This document shows positions 8,424 through 18,017 of a stretch of DNA of 64,000 nucleotides, piece after piece. The notes below the pieces were generated by a model. It saw nothing but the letters and a program-made list of their open reading frames with translations, made no database searches and was not told the origin of the DNA. This DNA is from Prevotella sp. (GTDB taxonomy: Bacteria; Bacteroidota; Bacteroidia; Bacteroidales; Bacteroidaceae), in NCBI GenBank assembly GCA_017619375.1, contig JAFZSL010000002.1:23679-87678 (forward strand). The letters are read 5' to 3'. The position numbers and the translations under genes were made by a program. How positions within the stretch are numbered: the stretch's first letter is position 1; every line of letters starts with the position of its first letter.

Positions 8424-9728
8424 TCAATTGTTCATCTTCAATTTCTTTTTGATCCACTCCATCTGTTGGCGGTTGGTGGCGTCTGACGTCCAGTGCTCGT
8501 TGATGGGAGTGATGAGACATTCCTTCTCGCATGTCAGTGTGTTCCATACCGCATAGGACGTGGTGGGCGGACAGGTGTTGTCGTTGAAGCCCCAGGTCAG
8601 GAAAGTGGGACAAGTGATGTGGCGTGCGAAGTTCACCACATCGTAGTAGGCCATCGTGCGAATGTTGGCCTCGGTATAAAAGCCTTCCTCCGCCTTGAAA
8701 TGCGGATAGCCACTGGTCTGGCCCGTGCTGCCCGCCGCCATGTCGCTCAGTGCCGGGTGGTTGGCCACGCACAGTGTCACGCGGTCGTCGAGGGCTGCCG
8801 CAATGAGTGAGAGCGCACCGCCTTGGCTGCCTCCCATCACGGCGACATTCCTGCCGTCCCATTGGGGAAGGGAGCAGAGGAAGTCGATGCATCTCACCAG
8901 GCCAAGATAGACATGCCGCATGTAGTAGTGGTCGGGATTGTCGAGCCCCATCTCCAGGTATTCGCTGAAAGCCGAACGCACATCCACGAAGTCTTTTTCG
9001 TCGAGGGTGGGTCGTATGCCGTGGATTTCTGTCACGAAGCGTATCATGCCCTCCTGCTGGTAGTAGGGGCGTGACGTCACCTCCTTGATGGTCTTCACGC
9101 CGGCGCCGGGAGGAGTGAGCACCACGGGGTGCGCCCCCTCCTTCATGTCCTTTGGCGTAAGCAGGTAACCATAGAGCCAATGACGGCGGTCCACACGTAG
9201 TTTGATGAGGAAGGCATCCTGGTTGTTGTCGCACATCTCGTCCACCTTTTCCGAGGTGTATTCCATCGGGGTCTTTTGATTCTCAGCCACCGCTTTTTGC
9301 CAATAGTCGATGAAGTCTTTTGGCTCCTTGGTGAAGGGCGTGATTTTCTCAGGTGAGAATCCCACTTTCACATGGTGGGTGTAGGTTGCTCCATCCACTT
9401 TCGCCGACAGTCTCAAGTCTCGGAAACCAGGGGTCTTGCTCGTCCCCATGTTGATGACGGCCCTGCCGTTCTTGAGTTGCACCTTGCTGGTCTTGTCGCT
9501 TTTGAGCATGTCGCCGCCGATGCCATACTCCACTTCCACATCGCGCGGGATGCCGTATTTGTAGAACTGCACCTCGACCTTGGCCTCCTCGCCGGTCTTG
9601 TACAACCAGTCGGCGTGGTCGGGAACGGTCACCCACAGGCAGTCGCTGCGGTAGGGATAGTTTTCACCTTTCGACGTGTTGGTGAACAAGGCCAAAAGCA
9701 CCAGGAGTAAAAAAGTCTGTTTTTTCAT
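8424..9728 (-). CDS. Acetyl xylan esterase, CE7/AXE1-like
   Basis: Signal peptide MKKQTFLLLVLLALF; TPPGAGVK; nucleophile GGSQGG; GFNDNTCPP; NEHW. Start at ATG 9728 preferred over the ORF-track start 9812. Confidence 0.88.
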   Translation of the reverse strand: MKKQTFLLLVLLALFTNTSKGENYPYRSDCLWVTVPDHADWLYKTGEEAKVEVQFYKYGIPRDVEVEYGIGGDMLKSDKTSKVQLKNGRAVINMGTSKTPGFRDLRLSAKVDGATYTHHVKVGFSPEKITPFTKEPKDFIDYWQKAVAENQKTPMEYTSEKVDEMCDNNQDAFLIKLRVDRRHWLYGYLLTPKDMKEGAHPVVLTPPGAGVKTIKEVTSRPYYQQEGMIRFVTEIHGIRPTLDEKDFVDVRSAFSEYLEMGLDNPDHYYMRHVYLGLVRCIDFLCSLPQWDGRNVAVMGGSQGGALSLIAAALDDRVTLCVANHPALSDMAAGSTGQTSGYPHFKAEEGFYTEANIRTMAYYDVVNFARHITCPTFLTWGFNDNTCPPTTSYAVWNTLTCEKECLITPINEHWTSDATNRQQMEWIKKKLKMNN

Positions 9729-9821
9729 ATTTTTGTTGCTTATCTTTATGATGTGTAAATTTGCATGGTGGTTCGGTTGTTTCATAAACTGCATGAGATG
9801 GAAACACGCCATGACATGGCT

Positions 9822-10862
9822 TCATGGGGCCTTGACGACGATTTTGTCACCTGTCAGGTCAACCTCGAAGAGGTGTGGGATGCGGACGGTCCTTCCCCTG
9901 GGGTCTTTCGCGTGGCTGTGTACGGACATCATCCACTGGCCGTCGAACCGTTGGAAAAGCATGCTGTGGCCATAGTTGGGAGGTGTGACGGGGTCGGGTT
10001 CCTGTATCCACGGTCCGTCGAGCGTGCCGCTTTCCGAATAGGCCACCCCTTGGGTGTAGTCGCCAAACACCCATGAGGTCCATAGCATGCCGAGGCGTCC
10101 CGTTTCTGTGCGGAACAACCACGGGCCGTCTGTAACCTTGTTCCATGTCACGTTTCCATTCTCGTCCTTCTCACGGCTCCAGGGAGAGTCGCTGGCGCGG
10201 AAGAGCACTTTCGGCGAACCCACGGTTCCGCTGAAGTCGGACTTCAGTTCAATCTTCTCTATCGTTCCGTTCCAGTTTTGCAGCCATTCACCGCAGAACA
10301 CCATATAGGGCTTGCCGTCGGTGTCGCGCCAGAACGTCCCGTCGAGTGTGGGGCGGTCGGCTGGCAGATAAGTGGCGTCTCCAAAGGCGCGATACGGCCC
10401 CATGGGGTTGTCCGCTTGTAACACCTGGCAGGCACGTCGCTCGATAACGTTGCCACGGAAGGTGCCTATCTTCACTTCGCGGTTGGTGAACGTGGCGAAA
10501 TAGTAGTACTTGCCGTCTATAAGATGCAGTTCGGCCGCCCATATCATCGGTCGCGGCCCCATCCATGAGTCCTTGTCAAACTCCGTCACGCGGTAGGGGC
10601 CGTCCCATAGCATCAGGTCTTTGCTGCGCCACATCATGCCGCCGGTGCCCGTCATGTAGTACATCTGCGTCTTCTTGTCGGCCAAAATGGCCGGGTCGCT
10701 GAGGCGGATGGAGTCCAGGGGAGTGTCGAATTCCCCGGAGGGCGGGGTGTATGGCGGCGTGTCCGGCAATGCCGGCTGGTGGAGTGCCGCACCCCTTGCA
10801 TATGCAAAGGATGCCACGGCGGCGAGGAGGACGGCAGCGGCCATCAGTTGGATTTTCTTCAT
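9822..10862 (-). CDS. Glycoside hydrolase family 43 protein
   Basis: Signal peptide; IRLSDPAIL; WAAELH; TLDGTF; VTDGPWL five-bladed propeller motifs. Confidence 0.88.
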   Translation of the reverse strand: MKKIQLMAAAVLLAAVASFAYARGAALHQPALPDTPPYTPPSGEFDTPLDSIRLSDPAILADKKTQMYYMTGTGGMMWRSKDLMLWDGPYRVTEFDKDSWMGPRPMIWAAELHLIDGKYYYFATFTNREVKIGTFRGNVIERRACQVLQADNPMGPYRAFGDATYLPADRPTLDGTFWRDTDGKPYMVFCGEWLQNWNGTIEKIELKSDFSGTVGSPKVLFRASDSPWSREKDENGNVTWNKVTDGPWLFRTETGRLGMLWTSWVFGDYTQGVAYSESGTLDGPWIQEPDPVTPPNYGHSMLFQRFDGQWMMSVHSHAKDPRGRTVRIPHLFEVDLTGDKIVVKAP

Positions 10863-10943
10863 TATCTTATGGTTTTAGGGATTGTTTCGTATGATGTCAT
10901 GGAAAAGTCCAGGGGTCGTGGGGAAATGAACAAGGCCGTGCAT

Positions 10944-12833
10944 TCATTGGTGAACGACTTTCCTCACCGTGCCATCACTCATGCGGATGATGTTCAGGCC
11001 TCGTTGCATGAGGCTATGGCTGCGCCCGTCAGGTGAGATGAAGACTTTCGGGACAGCCATCCCGGTGTCGTGGATGGTGTCCACACCCGTTGCATCGACA
11101 GCCACGCCGTGGATGGCGAGGTCGGAGAGGCAGATGGTCTTTCCTGTTGCCGTGCCGTTGTACCAGGGATAGACGCGCACCAGCAATTGCTGGCCGTCCT
11201 TGACGGTGATGACAGGCATGGCCTCGACATATTGCGGAGTGTTGGCGGGCATCTTCTTCATCTCGAAGATGGTGGTGCGCGTCTCGAAGTTGTCCAAGGA
11301 GTAGTATATATGGCAGCACATGCCATTGCCTCCACTTCCCGAAACGAACAGTGAGATGAGGTTGACTTTCAGTTCGGTGCCGGTAGTGGGTTGGATGCCC
11401 CATTGGATGTAACGCTCGGGATTGTCGTCGATTTCATCGGCAGGCCATGCGTCGCCGTTAGGCAGGTTGCGTTGCATTTTGCGGCTGGTGTCAAATCCCG
11501 TCCATTCTGGCCACACGGTGTTGGCGTTGGGTGCAGAGTAGCGTTGCATGTACATGCCCGTCCAACTTTCTCCTATTATGGTGGCGGGGCCGGTGAGTTC
11601 GCATCCATCGTCTTTTTCCAATCGCCAATAGGCGTTCACCTCTGTGCCGCCTTCCAAGGAAACGGCGGTGGCACTGACGGGTATCTCCACGACTCTTTCG
11701 CCTTGCCTTACCGTGATGGTTCCGGTGGTGACACCGTCGTCCTTCAGCGTGACTTGTGCGTAGAAGGTCTGCACGAGGGTGGAGGCTTGGTATTGCACCT
11801 CGACGATGTCTTGCCATTGGACCTTGTTGAGAGACAGCAGTATGCCTTCTGTGGCGGAGATGGTCACCGTGCCTGTCTCAGGTGTGAGTCCGAAACCGTT
11901 GATGGTGAGTTCTTTGACAAGGGTTTGACCTTTATATGCCTCGCCGAAGTCGGCCGTCGCCGGTGTTACCGAGATGTCGGTGGGGATGATGATGTCCTCG
12001 GCGAGGATGCCTTGGTTTTTCATCAATCGTGCACACTCTCGTGCCACGAGCAAAGCCCCTGTGGTGTTGAAATGGGTGGAGCCTTCGCCATCAAACAGGT
12101 ATTCGTGGCATTTGGCGTCGCCATAACTTTCATAGAGTTCGGCGGTGGCGGTGGTGAGGTCGATGAAAGGCACACCTTTCTCGATGGCCAGTTGTTGGGA
12201 ATGATAGGCGTAGTCCATCGTGTGGTCGCCCTCGGGCACCTTGTGTCCTGAGGTGGGGCCGTTCTCGGTAAGCACGGAGAAGGAGTCGCCCAGGTCGTGT
12301 CGCCCGTTGCGCCGTATCTTTCCCCCTGAGAAGTAACTGCGGCATACTGGCGAGGCGATGACGGGGTGTGCTCCCAAGGCAAGTGCCTCGTCCACGATTT
12401 TACTTAGATATTCCTTGTAGGAGGTGGAGGGTACGGTGCCGCGTTGGTCCACGGCAGCGGCGGCGGCATTGTCGCCGATGCCCAGATAGTAGTTGTAGAG
12501 TGCCACTCCGTCCATACCGTCGTTTTTCTCGTCGTTGTGGGCGAAGGTGATGATGACATAATCACCGGCTTCCACATTTTTCTTGGCCGTCTGCCACAAC
12601 TCGTTGTAGCCGCTTCGGGAATCACGGCCGCCTTTGGCATAGTTGACGCTGGTCCATCCATTGGTGAGGAAGTTGCCGAAATACATGCCCCATCCGCGTG
12701 TCACGGTGGCGTTTTCTTCATAATTGGCCATGGTGGAGTCACCCAGCGTATGTACTTTCTTGGCATTGATGGCCGTGGTGTGTGCCAGCAGTGCGATGAT
12801 CAGGGCAAGGGATGTCAGTAGGTTTCTTTTCAT
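10944..12833 (-). CDS. SGNH/GDSL carbohydrate esterase (CE12/rhamnogalacturonan acetylesterase-like) with Ig-like and beta-sandwich domains and T9SS tail
   Basis: VHTLGDSTM; NYAKGGRDS; FAHNDEK; PVCRSYF; C-terminus SPDGRSHSLMQRGLNIIRMSDGTVRKVVHQ. Start at ATG 12833 preferred. Confidence 0.8.
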   Translation of the reverse strand: MKRNLLTSLALIIALLAHTTAINAKKVHTLGDSTMANYEENATVTRGWGMYFGNFLTNGWTSVNYAKGGRDSRSGYNELWQTAKKNVEAGDYVIITFAHNDEKNDGMDGVALYNYYLGIGDNAAAAAVDQRGTVPSTSYKEYLSKIVDEALALGAHPVIASPVCRSYFSGGKIRRNGRHDLGDSFSVLTENGPTSGHKVPEGDHTMDYAYHSQQLAIEKGVPFIDLTTATAELYESYGDAKCHEYLFDGEGSTHFNTTGALLVARECARLMKNQGILAEDIIIPTDISVTPATADFGEAYKGQTLVKELTINGFGLTPETGTVTISATEGILLSLNKVQWQDIVEVQYQASTLVQTFYAQVTLKDDGVTTGTITVRQGERVVEIPVSATAVSLEGGTEVNAYWRLEKDDGCELTGPATIIGESWTGMYMQRYSAPNANTVWPEWTGFDTSRKMQRNLPNGDAWPADEIDDNPERYIQWGIQPTTGTELKVNLISLFVSGSGGNGMCCHIYYSLDNFETRTTIFEMKKMPANTPQYVEAMPVITVKDGQQLLVRVYPWYNGTATGKTICLSDLAIHGVAVDATGVDTIHDTGMAVPKVFISPDGRSHSLMQRGLNIIRMSDGTVRKVVHQ

Positions 12834-13068
12834 TACGTAGTTTGTTTGTTTCAAAAGTTTTAGAGCCGTGCATGTCATATCGCCAAGGCTGTCAGAATGC
12901 TCTCTTCCATGTAAATGCGGTCAAAGGTTTTGCAAAGTTGCAGCAAAAATAGTAAAAAAATAGGATTTGCAAGTCAGTCGAGATGAAGAATTTGCTTTTC
13001 TTTGGAGGAAAGATGATGATTTGCTTTAAAAAAGAGGTTTTTCTTGCTTGTTCATCCGTATTTTTCCT

Positions 13069-13076
13069 TAATTTTG
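13069..13076 (+). promoter_or_regulatory. Bacteroidetes sigma-A -7 element for the GH43 lipoprotein gene
   Basis: TAATTTTG matches TAnnTTTG about 100 nt upstream of the start, in an AT-rich divergent spacer. Confidence 0.45.
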
Positions 13077-13178
13077 CTGACACAATCCCAACCATTGATT
13101 AAGCGAGTGCTGAAGAGCTTGCTCATGATGCCGTGCATGAAAAATGGTAGAATGAAATTCAAACTACATTTTTACGAT

Positions 13179-14825
13179 ATGAAAGACAAGATTCTGAAAA
13201 TCGCCGTTGTCGCTGTCTGCGGCATCATGGCGGCAACTTCCTGCACCCAGCAGGTGAAAGAGGATGAACCAGTGCTGAAAACCGTGGGCAATCCGTATCT
13301 CCCCCTTTGGGAACATATCCCCGATGGTGAGCCATACGTCTTTGAAGACCCCGACAATCCCGGCAAACAGCGTGTGTATATCTATGGTTCGCACGACAGT
13401 CGTATTACCGACTATTGTGGCATGGAATTCGTCGTATGGTCGGCACCTGTCGAGGACCTGAGCCAGTGGCGCTACGAGGGCGAGGTGTTCAAAGTGGACA
13501 AGAACGCGAAAGGCGAACCTTTCGACTCTGTTGGCACGGCCGATGTGCTCTTCGCCCCCGACGTGGCATTGATGACCGACGCTGATGGCCAGAAAACCTA
13601 TTACCTCTATCCCAACGACCAAGTGGGCGGACGCAACGGCCTCATCGCGAAGAGCGACAAGCCCACCGGCCCCTTCACGGTGTGCAATTGGAGCAAGGAC
13701 GACCCTAACAAGACCGATGGCGTGCTGCAGTTCGACCCCGCCGTCTTCGTCGATGACGATGGTCGTGTCTATGGCTATTGGGGATTCGAGAGGTCTTACT
13801 GCGCCGAACTCGACCCCGCCACGATGGCGACGGTGAAACCAGGAGCCAAGGTAGTGGAGGACATGGTGTCGGGGAAGAACCAGCCTGGTGATTTCCGCTT
13901 CTTCGAAGCCTCCTCCATCCGTAAGATCAAGGACAAATATGTCTTCATTTACAGTCGTTGGACGAAAGATGGAGAGTTCGGACTTCCCGACACCAATTAC
14001 ACCCTGGCTTACGCCTATAGTGACAACCCCCTTGGCCCCTGGACCTACGGCGGCACCATCATCGACGGACGCGGACGCGAGACCGATGAGCAGGGCAACA
14101 CCATCGCCTCCGCCGTCGTCTCGGGAAACACCCATGGCAGCATCTGCCTCGTCAACGACCAGTGGTATGTCTTCTATCATCGCCAGACCGGCACTAATGA
14201 GTTCGCCCGCCAGGCCATGGTGGCACCCATCACCGTCAAGGTGGAGGAAGGCCCTGGAGGCAAGGTGGAGATTTCCGAGGGAGAATTCAATTCCGAAGGC
14301 TTTGCCCTCAACGGCCTCGACCCGCTGGAGCGCCATTCTGCCGGCATCGCCTGCTGGCTCACCGGTCCGAAAGTGGCGGAGCACAAATGGCCCGACAACA
14401 TCTTCTACGGCTCATATGTGGCTGCTTCATACGGCAACGATGACAAGTTCGATGCTCCCTATGACTTACGCAACAACACCAACCCGGTGGTCAACAACAC
14501 CGATGGCTCCATCGTGGGTTACAAGTATTTCAACTTCACCGCCACTCAGGGGAAGAAGGACTTGAAACTGTTGTTGAAACTCAAGCCTGAGGGCATCGAC
14601 GGCACCATACAGGTGATGGCAGACAGACCATGGGCCTCAAAAGGCGGCAAATTGCTGGGCACTGTCGAACTGAAAGCCGACATGCCCAAGGAGTCGACAG
14701 AACTGACCACCGTCCTTCCCGGACTGACGGAACTGAAGGACAAGCACGCCATCTTCTTTGTCTTCTCTTCGGATACCAAGGAGAAGAGTCTCTGCACTCT
14801 CGAGGACTTCGCCTTTTCTTTTTAG
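13179..14825 (+). CDS. GH43 glycoside hydrolase lipoprotein with C-terminal CBM6-like beta-sandwich
   Basis: Lipobox MAATSC; GNPYLPLWEHIPDGEP; FAPDV; FDPAVFVDDDG; FFEASS; GNTHGS. Start at ATG 13179 preferred. Confidence 0.88.
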   Translation: MKDKILKIAVVAVCGIMAATSCTQQVKEDEPVLKTVGNPYLPLWEHIPDGEPYVFEDPDNPGKQRVYIYGSHDSRITDYCGMEFVVWSAPVEDLSQWRYEGEVFKVDKNAKGEPFDSVGTADVLFAPDVALMTDADGQKTYYLYPNDQVGGRNGLIAKSDKPTGPFTVCNWSKDDPNKTDGVLQFDPAVFVDDDGRVYGYWGFERSYCAELDPATMATVKPGAKVVEDMVSGKNQPGDFRFFEASSIRKIKDKYVFIYSRWTKDGEFGLPDTNYTLAYAYSDNPLGPWTYGGTIIDGRGRETDEQGNTIASAVVSGNTHGSICLVNDQWYVFYHRQTGTNEFARQAMVAPITVKVEEGPGGKVEISEGEFNSEGFALNGLDPLERHSAGIACWLTGPKVAEHKWPDNIFYGSYVAASYGNDDKFDAPYDLRNNTNPVVNNTDGSIVGYKYFNFTATQGKKDLKLLLKLKPEGIDGTIQVMADRPWASKGGKLLGTVELKADMPKESTELTTVLPGLTELKDKHAIFFVFSSDTKEKSLCTLEDFAFSF

Positions 14826-14917
14826 GAGAAAATAGGAGCAAGTAGGAAAAAAATAGGAGGCTCTCCTAAAGCCTCCTACTTGCTCCTAAAACCTCCTATT
14901 ATTTCCTATTTCCTAAA
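14823..14917. repeat. Inverted array of 10-bp-spaced TAGGA/TCCTA units between convergent genes
   Basis: TAGGA at 14823, 14833, 14843, 14854; TCCTA at 14864, 14874, 14884, 14894, 14904, 14911. Confidence 0.85.
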
Positions 14918-17800
14918 CAGGTCTTTCTCTTTTACCATGACCACGGTGCCATATTTGGACAATTCCTTGAGGTTGAGTTTCTTCTTATTACCCACGATGC
15001 CGAACACGCGGTGCCCGTCGTTGTTTTTGATATTGGCATCGTAGAATTTCAACATATCCTCCATGGTGGCGTTGTTGTAGAGTGTGGCCATTCCTGTGTT
15101 GGGGTCGCTCGTGAAACCTACCAGTTGGGCGCTGGCGATCGACGAACCGATTTCCCTGAACGACGGGAAGTCGCTGCTAAGGTTGTTGACACTTTCGTGT
15201 TGGGCAGTGACGAAGGTCTTTTTCACGGCAGGCATGTCACCGAGCAGCGAGTCCACCAGTGCAATGGCCTCCATGGTCTTGTCGCCTTGAGTGCCCACCA
15301 GTGAGAGGAAGGCAGTGGGTGAGTTGGGATACAACAACCGTGAGCGGGTGTACAAATGTGCTCCTGTGGAATAAGCCATCGACCGGAACTCCCTCACCTC
15401 TTGGAAGAGTATGGAAGACATGCCGCCACCGAAATACTCCTCAAGAAGCCATGCGGGAACGCGGCTCTCCTTGGTGGGCAGCGCCTTTATCGGGTCGTAG
15501 GTGAAGAAGAGCGTCTGTCGCGATTTGGGCATGTCATAGACATATACCAACGGCTTGTCGTAGGTGGCAATCGGCGTGGAATAGTCGACGAAGGGTGCCT
15601 TGCCCACGGGGATGGTGGCACGCACCACGTTTTCTACCACCTGGTTGTCGAGCGAGCCGCTATAGACAATGGTGCTTGTGGCGTTGAACACCGACTTGAA
15701 GGCATCGATCAATTCCTGCCCGGTCAACTTCTTCACTTCCTTGTAGGTGATGCGGTTGAGTTGGGCGGACTCGTTGCCTGTCAACACTTTTTGTATGAGT
15801 GCCCTTAAGACGTCAGCGTTCTCCTCAGTGAGTGACTTCTCCTCCGACTTCGCAGTATCCTTGACCTTCTTCAGCGCCTTGTCATTGGACTGGACACGGG
15901 AAAGGAAGTGCTGCACCAGTCGCATGGTGGGTTCGAAATACTTGTCCACGCCGGTGACCTCCATTTCGACACTACCATTGCTGGAGGAGAACGTCATGCT
16001 GGCACCATACGCTTGCAAGGCGGCGCCCAGTTGCTGACGCGTCAGTGAGTCGGTGCCGAGGGAGTTGAGCAGTTCGCAGGCGGTGGAGAGTTTCCTGTCG
16101 GCCTTCTCACCCTTGTTGTAATTCACGTTCAGTTTGAAGAGGTCGTTCACAGGATTCTTCACCATGTAAAGGGCTGACTTCCCTCCCAGTGGTGTCTTGA
16201 CGACGTCGTTCTCAAAGTCGAGCAGTCGCGGTTCGACGTTTTCAACGGGGATTTGTGCTAATCGTTTGGCGTATTCCGACTCCGCGTCCCTGTTCTTGGG
16301 TTTCACCGGTGTGTATCCTGGCTGGCTCAACTTGTCCTTTTCATAACTCCCGTATTTCTTCTTGAATCTTAAAAAGGGTTTTTCAAAATATCGCTTGGCG
16401 GCGGCCATCACATCCTGCTTGGTCAGGGAGTTGATGGCGTTCACCTTGTCGATGTATTCCTGCCAACTGTGACCAGTGCTCATCACCATCACCATCTTCA
16501 TCGCCCTGTCGTCTATGGTCTCCAACTGGCGGAAGGCGCTGCGGTAGGCCTCCTGCTTCTGGATGTTGAACTGTTCGTCGCTGAAGTCGCCGTCGACGAT
16601 GCGCTTGATTTGGGCGAGACACGCATTCTCTGCCTTCTCCGTCTTTCCCAGGAGGTTGGGTGCGAGGAGTAACGCAAACACCCCTGCGTCGTTCAAGTTG
16701 AGCGGCAATGCGGCGGCCAACAGCACCTGTCCCTCGTTGGACAGTGAGTCGAGCATGCCGGCCTTGCCGTTGAACAACAAACTGGAAGCCAACTCCAGGG
16801 CGTTGGCGTCCCTCTCGAAATCCGTCGTGCCATTGAAGGCCAGGGCTTCCAGACTGATGATGGGTATGGGCATTTTCACCTCTATGGTGCGCTCTGCCCC
16901 AATTTCTGGCAGGGTGGATTTCACCCGAGTGGGTTTCACGCCTTTCGGAATGCGTCCGAAGGTGCTTTCCAACAGTGGCATGACACTATCGGAGTCGAAG
17001 TCGCCGCAGAGTACGATGCCCATGTTGCTACCGACATAGTACTTGTCGTAGAAAGCCTTCATCTCCGACAGCCTGGGGTTCTTCAGGTTCTCCGTGCTGC
17101 CGATGACGGGATAGGCGTAGGGTTGTGTGCCGAAGAGTTCGGCCATCAGTTTCTCGCGGATGGTGGTCTCCATCCTGTCCGACCCCATGTTCTTCTCTTC
17201 ATACACCGTCTCCAACTCGCCTTGGAACAGGCGGAAGACAGGGTTGATGAGTCGGTCGCTGTTCAAGCGGCACCAATGCTCGATGTATTGGGGGACGAAG
17301 ATATTGTGGTAGAATGTGAGGTCATACGACGTGCCCGCGTTCAATTTGCTGCCGCCATAGAGTGAGATGAGGCTGTTGAACTCGTTGGGGATGGCATATT
17401 CCCCCGCTTTCTGGCTGAGGCGGTTGATGTTTTTCTGGATGGCTGTGCGCTGCGCCTCGTCGGTAGTGGCGGCAAGGCGTTCGTAAGCAGCGGCGATGCT
17501 GTCGAGCCAGGGCTTCTCTGCAGCGTAATCCACCGTGCCGATTTCATCAGTGCCTTTGAACATGATGTGTTCGAAATAGTGGGCGATGCCCGTGTTGGGA
17601 CAGTCCTTCGCACCGGCATTGACGACAACGGCGCCAAAGACCTTGGGTTGGGTGTGGTCTTCGTTCAGCCACACGGTCATGCCGTTGCTCAAGGTCAGTT
17701 CCTTCACTTCCAACAATTTTGACGTCTGTGCGTATGACGGGCAAACCATGCCGGCCAACAACAGCAAAGTGCAAAGCCTTCCAAATAATTTCATTTTCAT
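14906..17800 (-). CDS. M16 family (insulinase-like) zinc peptidase
   Basis: Signal peptide; TLSNGMTV; inverted zincin motif GIAHYFEHIMFKGT; ELETVYEEKN; second M16 half ending EVREFRSMAYS. Start at ATG 17800 preferred. Confidence 0.92.
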   Translation of the reverse strand: MKMKLFGRLCTLLLLAGMVCPSYAQTSKLLEVKELTLSNGMTVWLNEDHTQPKVFGAVVVNAGAKDCPNTGIAHYFEHIMFKGTDEIGTVDYAAEKPWLDSIAAAYERLAATTDEAQRTAIQKNINRLSQKAGEYAIPNEFNSLISLYGGSKLNAGTSYDLTFYHNIFVPQYIEHWCRLNSDRLINPVFRLFQGELETVYEEKNMGSDRMETTIREKLMAELFGTQPYAYPVIGSTENLKNPRLSEMKAFYDKYYVGSNMGIVLCGDFDSDSVMPLLESTFGRIPKGVKPTRVKSTLPEIGAERTIEVKMPIPIISLEALAFNGTTDFERDANALELASSLLFNGKAGMLDSLSNEGQVLLAAALPLNLNDAGVFALLLAPNLLGKTEKAENACLAQIKRIVDGDFSDEQFNIQKQEAYRSAFRQLETIDDRAMKMVMVMSTGHSWQEYIDKVNAINSLTKQDVMAAAKRYFEKPFLRFKKKYGSYEKDKLSQPGYTPVKPKNRDAESEYAKRLAQIPVENVEPRLLDFENDVVKTPLGGKSALYMVKNPVNDLFKLNVNYNKGEKADRKLSTACELLNSLGTDSLTRQQLGAALQAYGASMTFSSSNGSVEMEVTGVDKYFEPTMRLVQHFLSRVQSNDKALKKVKDTAKSEEKSLTEENADVLRALIQKVLTGNESAQLNRITYKEVKKLTGQELIDAFKSVFNATSTIVYSGSLDNQVVENVVRATIPVGKAPFVDYSTPIATYDKPLVYVYDMPKSRQTLFFTYDPIKALPTKESRVPAWLLEEYFGGGMSSILFQEVREFRSMAYSTGAHLYTRSRLLYPNSPTAFLSLVGTQGDKTMEAIALVDSLLGDMPAVKKTFVTAQHESVNNLSSDFPSFREIGSSIASAQLVGFTSDPNTGMATLYNNATMEDMLKFYDANIKNNDGHRVFGIVGNKKKLNLKELSKYGTVVMVKEKDLFRK

Positions 17801-18017
17801 GTCCGTGTATTTTGATTGATTATATTTTTGCAAAAGTAATGATTTTTCCTCATAATAAGACAAAATCTTGCAATAAAACCTGAAAACATTCAACCCGCAG
17901 ACTCTTTTTCAAGTGGATTCAGACTTTAAAATATGTTAATCTTTCGTAGGGAGTCATAACTAATGGTTATATTTGCAAAAATATTACAAATTTAAAAATC
18001 TCATCATTTTGAACATT

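Noticed and set aside
13139-13172. Hairpin (AAAAATGGTAG..CTACATTTTT) just before the GH43 start
   Set aside because: AT-rich and weak; not enough evidence for translational regulation.
14823-14917. TAGGAG units as Shine-Dalgarno sites or a mini-CRISPR
   Set aside because: They lie after stop codons between convergent genes, Bacteroidota largely do not use SD sequences, and the spacers are only about 5 nt.
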